64,000 nt of DNA, from assembly GCA_977017575.1 (NCBI GenBank), contig CDRNVI010000043.1:1-64000 (forward strand), in the 5' to 3' direction. Below the pieces are notes generated by a model. It was given only the letters and a program-made list of their open reading frames with translations. It ran no database searches and had not been told where the DNA came from. The translations under genes were made by a program, and so were the position numbers. Positions within the stretch are counted from its first letter, which is position 1, and every line of letters begins with the position of its first letter. Shown here piece by piece: positions 21,267 through 33,141 of this stretch. The stretch is from Paramoeba atlantica (lineage: Eukaryota > Protista > Discosea).

Positions 21267-21698
21267 TAGTTAATAGCACAACAGGGGTCCGACAGGGTTC
21301 ATCGTTATCTACGTTATACTTCTGTACATTTTTCCAGCCATTGCTGGAAACGATGGCACATGAATTTCCCGAACTATATATCTACGCATACATCGATGAC
21401 GTAAATTTTGCTTCTAAAGATCTTGCGCTCATTAGCACGGCTTTCCAGCGGTTTAAGGTACTTCTTCAGGAGAAAAGAATAGAGCTGTCATGCCAAAAAT
21501 GCGTTTGGTTCACCGGGAAGAATGACATCGCAATGCCTGATACTCTAGAGTGTCAAGGCACTTCAACAGAAGCTGAAGCCGCCAAATTTCTCGGTGCCTT
21601 TGTTGGAGAGAATCAATCCGTAAGTTCGAAATTAGTTCAACAACTCGAAAAGCATGACACCATTTTCCGGAGGCTGGAGGCCATGGGCGCTAATAATA

Positions 21699-24600
21699 TT
21701 TTCTTTTTTAGGCTCTTCGTTAAACGCGGTGGTTGTTTTCAACTTAGAAGTCACTCATGCTACGCTCTCCGAGTTGAAAACCACCACAGCGTTTAACGAA
21801 GAGCCTAAAAAAGAAAATTTAGCCTGGAAAACGGAAAGATTATAGCCAAAAATAGCCGAATTTCGGGTACAAATGGGATCATTTTCGCATATTTTTGCTC
21901 TCAGAGCACTAAATCCGACATTTGCGCATGGGAAATCACTCGCAGGCATGAATGAAAGTCTACCGAACGTATTGGGTAGAGAATGCGACTCCAACAATAC
22001 CATTCTTTCGACACAAAAATGCCCCTTTAGGTCCGAAAAATACTTTTTCACCTTTTTTAGTCAAAAATGGGTCATTTTGGGGGGCGCACCACAGTTCGAA
22101 GAAGTGATACCTTGCGAAAACAACTGCGTAGAAAGCTAGTGTAGGTCCCAAACTATCAAAATACAATAGGGGAAACGATTTTGGAAAAATATTTTTTTTG
22201 TCATTTTTTTCGCCAAGTTGAATTGTTTTTCAAAAAAACTTGGCGGACCCGTCCTGCGGATACGTGGGGGGGTCAACCCCGGGTAGGGGGGTGGAAAATG
22301 CGCGCCAAGACCCCGGCTACCCTTTCTGCGGTTTTTTTTCGAAAACTAATTTTTTCGAAAAAATTTGCTCGACCATGCCCCCCCCCCTGGCCCCCCCCCT
22401 GGCCCCCCCCCATGGACCCCCCATTTTTTTCAAATTTTTTTTTCAGTTTTGGACCACCGGAGCCCCCTTTTATATTTTTTTCTTCTATTATATTACTGTG
22501 TTCCCCTTTATATTTTCACTGTTTTTGTTCACTGTTTTTTCAATAATCGAGTGTAGAGCGGTAGTTTTACAACCACCGCAATATTTGTTCATACGCAGTC
22601 TTTTTTTGTGTATTACTTATTTTCCTGGGACTCAGGGCTCAACCTGACTGGCTAAAAAAAACAAGAAAAAATAAAAAAAATAAAAAAAAATAACCTTTTC
22701 CAATGGTAATTCAGTCTCGCTTACAATAAAAAACCAAGCTCCGTTCGTCGAGCTTTTTTTTTACAAAAAAAATTGCGTTTTCATTCATCGAACAGGATGT
22801 CCTGTTCGATAAATATTCATCGAACGGACAGTGCGTTCGATGAGTATTCATCGAGTGCCCCCTCTCCCCGAGAAATCTTTGCCATAGTCGCTCCGACCGC
22901 CACCCGGTGTCCGACCGGCAGGCTTTTCTTGGTCGGATGAACCAGCCACCTTCCAGTGGCAAGATACGTGACTCGCATCACGTACCTATGCCGTATGGGG
23001 AGACACCCCATTACAGAGTAGTGCGGGACTTGCTAGGAAGGGCTTTGTCAATTACAAGACGTCCTGTTCCTACCGCTCACCCGCTAAAACTCTACGGCCC
23101 CGGAATGTTAGTCCGGGACGGTCCTGGCTGGAGAAGTGAAGGCTTGTACACCTCCACTCCTCCGGAGATGGGGTGGGATTTTCTTTTTTAGGCTCTTCGT
23201 TAAACGCGGTGGTTGTTTTCAACTTAGAAGTCACTCATGCTGCGCGCTTCGCGTTGAAAACTACCTCCGCGTTTAACGAAGAGCCTAAAAAAGAAAATTT
23301 AGCCTGGAAAACGGAAAGATTATAGCCAAAAATAGCCGAATTTCGGGTAAAAATGGGGTCATTTTCGCGTATTTTTGCTGTCAGAGCACTAAATCCGACA
23401 TTTGCGCGTGGGAAATCACTCGCAGGCATGAATGAAAGTCTACCGAACGTATTGGGTAGAGAATGCGACTCCAACCATACCATTCTTTCGACACAAAAAT
23501 GCCCCTTTAGGTCCGAAAAATACTTTTTCACCTTTTTTAGTCAAAAATGGGTCATTTTGGGGGGCGCACCACAGTTCGAAGAAGTGATAACTTGCGAAAA
23601 CAACTGCGTAGAAAGCTAGTGTAGGTCCCAAACTATCAAAATACAATAGGGGAAACGATTTTGGAATAATATTTGTTTTGTCATTTTTTTCGCCAAGTTG
23701 AATTGTTTTTCAAAAAAAAAATTCCGAAAAAATCCGAACTTGGCGGACCCGTCCTGCGGATACGCGGGGGGGTCACCCCCGGGTAGGGGGGTGGAAAATG
23801 CGCGCCAAGACCCCGGCTACCCTTTCTGCAGTTTTTTTTCGAAAACTAATTTTTTCGAAAAAATTTGCTCGACCATGACCCCCCCCCCTGGACCCCCCCC
23901 CATGGACCCCCCATTTTTCTCAATTTTTTTTTTCAGTTTTGGTCCACCGGAGCCCCCTTTTATATTTTTTTCTTCTATTATATTACTGTGTTTCTCTTTA
24001 TATTTTCACTGTTTTTGTTCACTTTTTTTTCAATAATCGAGTGTAGAGCGGTAGTTTTGCAACCACCGCAATTTTCTTTTTTAGGCTCTTCGTTAAACGC
24101 GGTGGTTGTTTTCAACTTAGAAGTCACTCATGCTGCGCGCTTCGCGTTGAAAACTACCGCCGCGTTTAACGAAGAGCCTAAAAAAGAAAATTTAGCCTGG
24201 AAAACGGAAAGATTATAGCCAAAAATAGCCGAATTTCGGGTACAAATGGGGTCATTTTCGCATATTTTTGCTCTCAGAGCACTAAATCCGACATTTGCGC
24301 GTGGGAAATCACTCGCAGGAATGAATGAAAGCCTACCGAACGTATTGGGTAGAGAATGCGACTCCAACCATACCATTCTTTCGACACAAAAATGCCCCTT
24401 TAGGTCCGAAAAATACTTTTTCACCTTTTTTAGTCAAAAATGGGTCATTTTGGGGGGCGCACCACAGTTCGAAGAAGTGATACCTTGCGAAAACAACTGC
24501 GTAGAAAGCTAGTGTAGGTCCCAAACTATCAAAATACAATAGGGGAAACGATTTTGGAAAAATATTTTTTTTGTCATTTTTTTCGCCAAGTTGAAATTTT

Positions 24601-25015
24601 TTTCAAAAATTTTTTTCCGAAAAAATCCGAACTTGGCGGACCCGTCCTGCGGATACGCGGGGGGGTCACCCCCGGGTAGGGGGGTGGAAAATGCGCGCCA
24701 AGACCCCGGCTACCCTTTCTGCGGTTTTTTTTCGAAAACTAATTTTTTCGAAAAAATTTGCTCGACCATGCCCCCCCCCCCTGGACCCCCCCCCTGGACC
24801 CCCCCCCTGGACCCCCCCCCTGGACCCCCCCCCTGGACCCCCCCCATGGACCCCCCATTTTTTTCAATTTTTTTTTTCAGTTTTGGACCACCGGAGCCCC
24901 CTTTTATATTTTTTTCTTCTATTATATTACTGTGTTCCCCTTTATATTTTCACTGTTTTTGTTCACTTTTTTTTCAATAATCGAGTGTAGAGCGGTAGTT
25001 TTACAACCACCGCAA
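21699..25015. mobile_element. Block of three ~0.9-kb Helitron/Helentron-like non-autonomous units (21699-22581, 23179-24071, 24072-25015) enclosing a 597-bp unrelated spacer
   Basis: Units have identical ends (TTTTCTTTTTTAGG…CAACCACCGCAA) and the block is inserted at A^T with no TSD. Each unit has a 45-bp-arm hairpin at one end, a short hairpin at the other and a variable (CCCCCCCTGGA) core. Confidence 0.6.
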
Positions 25016-25428
25016 TTTCACTACAGTTACTATCGAAAAGCGTTAATGTAAGGCAAAATTACCACATAAGGGTGCACCCCCCACAAGCCTCCCTTGACCT
25101 GACCAGAAATTTTGACGAAAAGGTTAACAGCGTATTACAGTCATGGTTTGGCAAGCTAACTGCCGAGCAAATTTCATGGATGCGGCTGCCACTAAAGAAA
25201 GGTGGCTTAGGCCTGAGTCCGACAGAACCCTTTCGCCAAACGGCATACGAGACCTCTAAAAGCATCTATCTTGAGCACTTTAATCTTAATTCAGCTCGGG
25301 AGTGCTTATTAGCGGCCCCTAAACCCGTCGGCGAGAATTCGATTACGGACTCTAAGGCCAACACTGCGTTATATCACGAAAACATTCGTACACGTCTCAT
25401 GTTGAACCCAAAGACGGCGTCTGCCATC

Positions 25429-26627
25429 CTTTTTTTTTTTTTTTTTTTTTTTTATAGTTTTTTTGTCTTCAAGGAAAGGGATACAGATTTTAGCAGTCTT
25501 TGGTTTCGCCACAATGAAGCGTTCAAGACTGAAAAATTCTTTCTTCTAAAATATATTCTATTTTTTTTTGCAATTAATAGGGGGGAAGAGTATGAGTTCT
25601 AACTTTCTATGAATGTACGGTATCACTTTCTTACTTACTTTCCTACTTACTTTACTTCGCCCTTATCAACTTCGCCCGCTTCTCTCCCTTATCTCCACCC
25701 CTCAAAGAAACCATCCGCGACTTTCCGACTTCACCCGCTTCTTTCCCTCACTTCCCCCCCCCCCGAGCATCCATCCGCGCCTTCCAAACTTTGCCCTCCT
25801 CTTTCCCTCACTTCCCCCCAGAAATCAATCCGCGCGTGCTCCACCCCTTCTTCCAGCAGTGCGCGCTTCGGACCGGGTTTTTTTTTTTTTTTTTTTTTGC
25901 AATTAATAAGGGGGGAGAAGTATGAATCGCGGCATTGCCTCTATAATTTGACCCAGTAGACGAACCAAGTACATAGTAGGTCCATTAGGGGGGTATATGA
26001 ATTTAAAACAAGCAATCAAATTAGCAATTCTTTTCATTTCCACAGAAGTATATTTTCTTTTTCTTTTTTCTCAGCCCAAAACTAGCAATTCAATCTCCCC
26101 TAAGTATATACGACAAATAAGACACAGTAAAAATAAAAACAAGCAATCCGGACCCAATCCATTCGCGCGTTCCGGACCGGGTCTTTTTTTTTTTTTTTTT
26201 TTTTAATAAGGGGGGAGAAGTATGAATCGCGGCATTGCCTCTATATTTTGACCCAGTAGACGAACCAAGTACATAGTAGGTCCATTAGGGGGGTATATGA
26301 ATTTAAAACAAGCAATCAAATTGGCAATTCTTTTTATTTCCACAGAAGTATATTTTCTTTTTCTTTTTTTTTTCTCAGCCCAAAACTAGCAATTCAATCT
26401 CCCCTAAGTATATACGACAAACAAGGCACAGTAAAAATAAAAACGAGCAATCCAGACCCAATCCATTCGCGCGTTCCAGCGGCACGGTCACGAAGTTGGG
26501 TTTTGATCGCCGGATTCGGATGAATGTTCCGAATCCATACCTGTCTCACATTGGGGTACCTTGCTCGTGAAAGCGAGGCGTGAGGATAGGCACTGTCGGC
26601 TCGATCGGCCTCGGGCCGCTCTGGAGG
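25429..26627 (-). repeat. Chain of poly(A)-tailed 3' UTR ends, mostly CRE family B, including a ~290-bp tandem duplication
   Basis: Poly(T) runs near 25429-25452, 25560-25570, 25878-25898 and 26184-26203. The segments are reverse-complement homologues of 62590-62704 and 63860-64000. Confidence 0.8.
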
Positions 26628-28880
26628 CTATTCCTCCAGAGTTGCGATGGGGTCTTCGGAAGGTGAACGAGCAACCATCATGCGCGCTTGAAAGCGCATA
26701 AGGGTTATGTTTAGTTCAGCGAAGATTCGGCTCGTTGCCTCACCTTCCGAAAGTAGACCCCCCGAGGCGTGCGAACACCTCTCACCGACTTTGCGGAGCA
26801 CGGCTGAAGCGCTGGGGCTCCAGGCGCCATAACTTTCGACAACCATGGCCGTAAAGTCGCATCCTGCCTCTACGGCTTCTCGACGCTGCTTGCCCTTCTC
26901 CATTGAGGAATAATGTTCGGCAAATGACCCCGCGGCAACCCAGCTAGCGTTTCGGACTTTGTCCGTATATTTTAATTGCTGAGCATGGGTGACCGCGAAG
27001 TCAAGCACAATGGGATTTCCAAGAAAAAGGCTGGGCAAGTATATGTCGCCAGGTCTGGTGAGGGCCCCGCCTGGGCCCCTGTTCCCGAGACTCTTTTCTC
27101 GTTGAGGGGCGAGGCGGGCTCGACTGCACACGTCCGCGAACTGGTCCGTAACAGCGTTGTGCCTGGTCACAATACCATGGCCATGTTTTCAAGACAGTGC
27201 ATGGTCCCCTTTGCTGTCAAGGGGGAGCGAGCATTTCGGCATGGGGCACGTGCTATCTTCATGGTAGATGTCCACGCCTAACCACCAACGGGCCAAAGTT
27301 CGGAATTGTGTGGGGGTAAAGGCGTGCCCAAGGTCTTTCGAAGGAGTCACAAAGGCCCAGCTGCTCGCTCCCGTGCCACACTGGGAGATCCACCTTGCAC
27401 GGGTTCGTGCGTCAGTTGTCTCATATTCCTGGGAAAAGGCATGGGCTGCAATAGCATAACTGATTACCCGCTGGCGCGGGATCTTCCCTTTGGGCCACTG
27501 TGGGGGTAACATGTCCTGGCATTCTTCAGAACCGTAGAGGGGAGTCGAGAGTGGGTAGGCATCCGTGGGTGTGTTGGCCGTGCGGGAAGTCGTACGAAGA
27601 ATATGTCCCGGAGGCTCGTCCGGGGGGTGAGGATCATTCCCTGGCGGAGGGCGCCTTCTCTTCCGGTAGGAGTACGGCGCGCTCAGGGCCTTCTCGCATG
27701 GGGCGTTGGGAGTTGTGAGAACACGACCTCGGGGATCGAGGAGAGCAGTGCCGGCCTTCTGATTGATGTCGAGGATGGCCTCCGAGAAACCTTCAGCGTC
27801 TGTGGGATCCCAGGAATCTGTGGCAGAGGCAAAGGCGACGGATGCAACGTAAGCCGCGGAGGCGTGGAGAGCTGCGGATCTCAGACCTAATCCCCCATGA
27901 CGCTTCAGTCGCTGTGCTTGAGATTGTGCTGACCTGTCCAGAGGACAGATGATTGCCTCTATAGCGGTCATGAGAAAGTCGTCTAAACGGGAGCAAAGGT
28001 GAATCAGGGACTGTGGGGGCGTGCTTCTCATGGCATACACCATTTGACAGAACCCCGCACATTGACGAATTAGGGCAAGCGCGACCTGGGGGTCCTGAAT
28101 GTTGGTTATGGCATCGAGGGTATCCTCGGCTGGTTCTAGGGCGTGAGAAAGAAGATAAGCAGAGCAGTGGTCGGCGGATCCTACAGGACTCCCTAGTATG
28201 TCAAAGTTCCCCTGCGAATTGATCTTCTCGTCGGGTATGTCTGGGAAGTAATCAGCCTGGTGGGCCGAGCTGGGGGAAGTAATAATTTCGCATTTCGACG
28301 TATTGAGATACAAGCCCCATTGAGGTCCTACTCGGGCGATCGTGTCTCGGGCGTCTCTAACTTCCTGCGCCTGGCCAACGAGGACGCCATCGTCGAGATA
28401 CCAGAGTTGGGCGGGAATATCAGTTTGAAGGTTAATGGCTTCTGAGAGCTCCAGGGCCACTAACGAGAAGAGCAATGGTCCTAGGGGATCGCCCTGTTGT
28501 ACTCCTTCCTCGGAGGAGATGAATCGGGCCCCGTAGGTAAGAGAGCTGGGGTCGGAATAGCACCAATTGATCCAAGGGAAGAGTTCCGGGAAATATTCCT
28601 GTACTAGTGGAAGGAAGGCAGCCCTGCTTACGTTATTGAAAGCGTTACGTAGGTCCACTTTGCACATGACGAAGTTCGGGTTTTCCATATTGGACGACAT
28701 GGCCAGGCGACACATGTGAATGACTCTTTCGGCCCCGGCTGGCGCTGCCACTCCGTACTGTTTGCCTTCAAAGAGCTCGCTCGCTTTGGGTCGGATTGCG
28801 TTGCATACGGCTTTGCTCGCTAATCGCCGAAGGGTTTCACCGGCAGCGATCGGACGAACATCATTTTCGCCCTTTGATAG

Positions 28881-31825
28881 TGTGGGCTTTTGCAAATCAG
28901 GAAAAGATCAATATGGCGTGCGGTAAGGTAGTGCGAACGCATAGCAAGCGTGGAGGGATGGGGAAACTCTCAATGCAATACACGGGGATCTCAGGGTACA
29001 AAGAAGAACAGGAATACACAGGATCTCTGCCGCCCCAAGAAAACGTGAGAATCTTCCGCATTATCTGGCATCAAGCGCCACCTCCGATTGATGTTACCGT
29101 GTTACGTGATAGCACTATCGAGAATCATCTGATCACACTGACCCCAGACGACGTACATGGGGAGGGAGTTGATCTCTTACCAATACCCACCGTTCGGAAT
29201 ATCAGTCCTGACCTTATTCCATGCGTCATCGCAACTTTTCGTGAAATTGTAAAGGATTACATCAATGCCGATCACCAGCAGAGGAATATTATTTGGCATC
29301 GACTGCTGTCGGCGATGAAGCTGTCGCTTGCAGGAGTACGCCGCGCCAGTGGGAGGAGTAGGAGACAAAGACCATATCTTAAAAATAACGATGACAAGGA
29401 AGATCAGGCCGCCTTGAATGACCGGAGAGCTATCAAAAGAGCAACGCGGTTGGTTACTGAAGGGTGCGCGTCAAAAGCAGCCAGAGTATTAGATCAAGCC
29501 TTCACGCCAAGTAATCTTCCGGATGAGGAAACCTTGGACAAGTTGTCAGAATTGCATCCTCAAAAAGAATGCGACTTCAGAATCCCAGCAGACGCGCCAA
29601 TAATGTCTGGGATTGAAATGGAAGAACTCCGTGCTGCTGGAAAGCGCCTGGCGAAAGGGGCCAATCCGGGTCCAACAGGGATGACGGATAGCATTGTACG
29701 GCTGCTGCTTGATGATGAACTTTGCTGCATCAATTTGTGTCACATGATATGTGATCTCATCAACGGTTTCCTGGGCAAGGACGTGATTCGTCGCATCAAC
29801 CGCTCTAGGCTGGTTGCCATTCCCAAAAGTTGTGGAGGGGTTCGCCCAGTCGCAATGGGTGAGGTGCTCAATAAATTGGCCGGCATAGTCCTAATGCAAA
29901 GGTATGAGCATACGCTGGCTCCGTTATTTGCACCCATGCAACAGGGCGTTTTCTCAAAAGCGGGATGTGAGAAAATAGTGCACCAACTTCGGAATCGCCA
30001 CAGCAATGGATATTCCATTCTATCCGTAGACGTTAAAAATGCCTTTAACTCGCCGAGCAGAATGGATATAGCAAAGCACGTTTTAGCCTTCAGTGCACTC
30101 CGCCCTTTCCAGCGATTCTTCGAGGTCGAATACTCGGGGGCCTCTGAATTGCTGTATTATGGTTCAGAAGGAAAATTGGTCGGAACAGTCCTAAGCACAT
30201 CAGGTCTGCGGCAGGGTTCACCATTGGCTTCCATGTATTATTGCGCCTTTTTTCAACCCATGCTGGAAACACTGTCGATGGAATTTCCCGAAGTGGAGTT
30301 TCACGCTTTCATCGATGACGTTACCATGTCCTCCCTAAAAAGTGCTCAAATCGAAAAAGCGTTTCAGAGACTCCAAGAGTTGATGGTTCAATACTCGCTC
30401 ACGCTAGCAACAAAGAAGTGTATATGGTTTGGGGAGGGGTCGGCTCAGCCAATCCCACCAAGCCTGAAGGTACAGGGTGTGCGCAATGAGGAAGAAGCGG
30501 TCAAAGTATTGGGGGCACACATCGGCAAAGAGAATCAGATCAAGAAAAGATTAATGGAAGCAGTGGATAAACAAGATACAAGCTTCCAGAGATTAAAAGC
30601 AATGGGATTAAGCAATGTAGCATTGATACTTCTTTCGCAATGTATCAATGTTAAGCAACAATACGTCATGCGCGTACATCCGCCGTCTGTGACAAAGGAG
30701 GCCTCCACTAAATTCGATGACAATGTCGAGAGCGTATTGAAGAAGTGGCTCGGTCCATTGACGGAAAAGCAGGTGGAGATGGCCCGGCTGCCCATGAAAA
30801 AGGGAGGCCTAGGATTGACGTCTTGTTCAAAGGTTCGTGAAGCGGCATATTTGGCATCACGCTACCAAGCTCTTGAGCGAATAAAATCTTTTACTGCTCG
30901 GGCTTGGTTGCCAAACCAAAACGTCCCTTACACTGGAGAAGAAGAGAATTCAGCTTTGCCACCTATGGATGAAGTTACGACGGCAGCGGTACTTCACGAA
31001 AAAGTGGTTGCGAGGTTAAAACAAGATCCGGAGTATTCTAATATTTTAAGGGTAACAACCCGAAAGGGAAATTATGATTGGCTTAAATCGGAGGTCCGCT
31101 TCGTTCCCTCACATGCCTTTGAAATACCAGTTATGGCACGACTTGGAATTCCTCACCCAAGAATCCCAGCAACGATCCTATGTCCAGGTTGTAAGACTTT
31201 GCTGAACAATAAGACTGCTTTGGTACATATCCCAGGGTGCGCTCAGTGTTCGGGGCAGAACGCTACCGTGAAGCACAATCGTCTCGTCAAATACCTCTTT
31301 GACCTAAGTCAAAAGTCAGGGATACCTTGCGAACGTGAACCTAGGGCCTTCAGTTCCTGGAAGTGCGCCACATGTAAAGTGGCTGTGAATCCGGAAAACA
31401 GGGGAATTCATGAGAAGACATGCTCAGGGCGGCAGTTGTTCAGGTCAGGCCCTGACCTCGTGATTTATTGGTCAACAGGCGAACTGTTTTACGACCTTAC
31501 AGTGATTCACGAGCTTGCGCCGTCGAACATTAGTAAGACATGCGCGAACCTGGCAAAAGAAGCAATAAAACGGAAGCATCAAACATACGTAGAATCAGGA
31601 AAGATCCCTGACGTAGCTTTCCAATGCTTGCCGGTTTTTTCTTGCGGATCCTTGCATCAGAACACCCGATTCCTCATCCATGCTTTGGCGGACGCTGCGT
31701 GCCTTGATCGCCACAGAACAGAGATGGAGTTTAAATTACTGTTGCAAGAACAAAATGGGCTCGAAGTGTATGCGCAGCTTCGTAGTCACCTGGCCGACAG
31801 GAAGGTGCAAGAATTAAGTGTTTAG
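28881..31825 (+). CDS. CRE RT-CCHC-RLE polyprotein lacking its N-terminus
   Basis: GANPGPTG, RPVAMGE, GLRQGSPL, AFIDD, CPGC…H…C and SGPDL. It is closely similar to the 2881-8637 protein. Confidence 0.92.
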
Positions 31826-32114
31826 TGTGATAATCATAATCTATTAATGTCCTTTATTAAGACCTTCACCTTTATTAAGACCTTTAGGTAATACAATAGA
31901 AGTCTACGCATGGAAATTTAACCGAGGGGCTAATATCGGGTCAAATGCCCCGGAAGGGGGTTATAATTTTCAAAAAAAAAAAAAAAAAAAAAAATTCTAA
32001 CACACACTTTCATTCAAATATTTTCATCGCATTCAAACGAACACAGAATTTAGGCTCGTATTCCTCCGACCCATTTCTCTTCTGATACAAAAAAAAAAAA
32101 AAAAAAAAAAAAAA
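28881..32114 (+). mobile_element. 5'-truncated CRE family A element with a double poly(A) (3' transduction) and 6-bp TSD
   Basis: Open frame 28881-31825, poly(A) near 31972-31994, about 95 bp of extra sequence, poly(A) 32089-32114, then TGATAG. Confidence 0.92.
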
Positions 32115-32369
32115 TGATAGGGCGCATAAGCGCGCCCCTGCGAAGTGCGCCTGTACTTCAGAGGGTGCCTTCCCAGCTAGGAAGGGGTACAGACTATGCG
32201 ATATGAAGGAACAATGGCAGGAATGTGTTTCGTTTTTTTTTGTTTTTGTTTTGATTTGAATAGATTGTAGGGTGTAGCGCCAAATTTGTAGTCGGAAGTC
32301 AACGTCCATGCTTGGTGTTGTACGTCCTGCTTGTTGTTGCATTCCTTTTTTCTACTTTTTCTTTTCTTA

Positions 32370-32573
32370 ATGGGCGTGTTCACGCGCGCCAAAGCGAAAG
32401 AGGCTGGTGTAGCACCGGTTATTTTGCCCCTCCCCCCCACCCGGCGGAAAAAGCATTCTCAGAATACGCAGTGTGCTGCGCCGCCATCTCCCGCTGCGCC
32501 GTCTGCTGCGCCGCCATCTCTTTCCCCTGCGCCGTCTGCTGCGCCGCCATCTCCCGCCGCGACGTCTATTTGA
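32370..32573 (+). pseudogene. 5' stub of a CRE family A ORF
   Basis: MGVFTRAKAKEAGVAPVILPLPPTRRKK matches the N-termini at 2881 and 37932. Confidence 0.8.
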
Positions 32574-33141
32574 GCCATAGGCGGGAGCGGATCAAGGTCA
32601 CTCTGACCGTATTCGCATGAGATGTGCTCCGCTTGTTCCTCCAAATTTTGTGTCGGCATCTCGATTTTGAATAACTTAGTGGCTTGGAGGTTACAGATTC
32701 TGATTTTATTGGACGGTGGAAGATAAAGAAAACCGCATGGACCATCGTGACCTAGAGCCGGCTCGTATGAAATCTTGACTTTCACGGTTGATTTTCGCAC
32801 GGTCCTGCCTACAACGATGCCGTTTGACTTGTAGTTTGTAATGTTTAATAGTTCACGTTTTGAAATTTAGCCGAGGGGCGGCTATATATTTGCCTGCTGG
32901 CCCTTCGGGGCACATAATTTTCTCAAATTATGATGTAGTATTCTCTAATTGCATGGAGGGGGGTATTTACTCGTTTGTTATATTCTTGTTAGGTTGTTAT
33001 TTGTTACGTTTAAAGTTATAGTGGGCGGTATGGGAAGAGGAGCCAGATCGAGAGTATCCATTTCCCCACAAAGAGTTAAATTACTATCGCATTGATCTAG
33101 AAGACGGACTGGGACACTCGAGCGAAGGACAAGAGTGTGCG

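Larger units (their letters stand above)
17953..25428 (+). mobile_element. Decayed CRE family A element, interrupted by a pogo-like transposon and a Helitron-like block
   Basis: ORF pieces 18000-19241, 21269-21698 and 25016-25428 join in frame (LHGI|VNSTTGVRQGS; MGANN|ISLQLL). There is a premature TAG near 18702. Confidence 0.88.
26204..32200 (-). mobile_element. 5'-truncated CRE family B (YLDD) element, interrupted at 28881-32114
   Basis: GARLCA|LS|KGENDVRPIAAGETLRRL is restored across TSD TGATAG (28875-28880 and 32115-32120). GVQQGDPLGP, YLDD and RPGD…DF motifs are present, with a frameshift near 27180. Confidence 0.9.

Noticed and set aside
21699-25015. ~0.9-kb tandem units as SL RNA or 5S rRNA gene repeats
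   Set aside because: No SL exon or recognisable 5S sequence is present, and the block interrupts an RT codon like a mobile insert.
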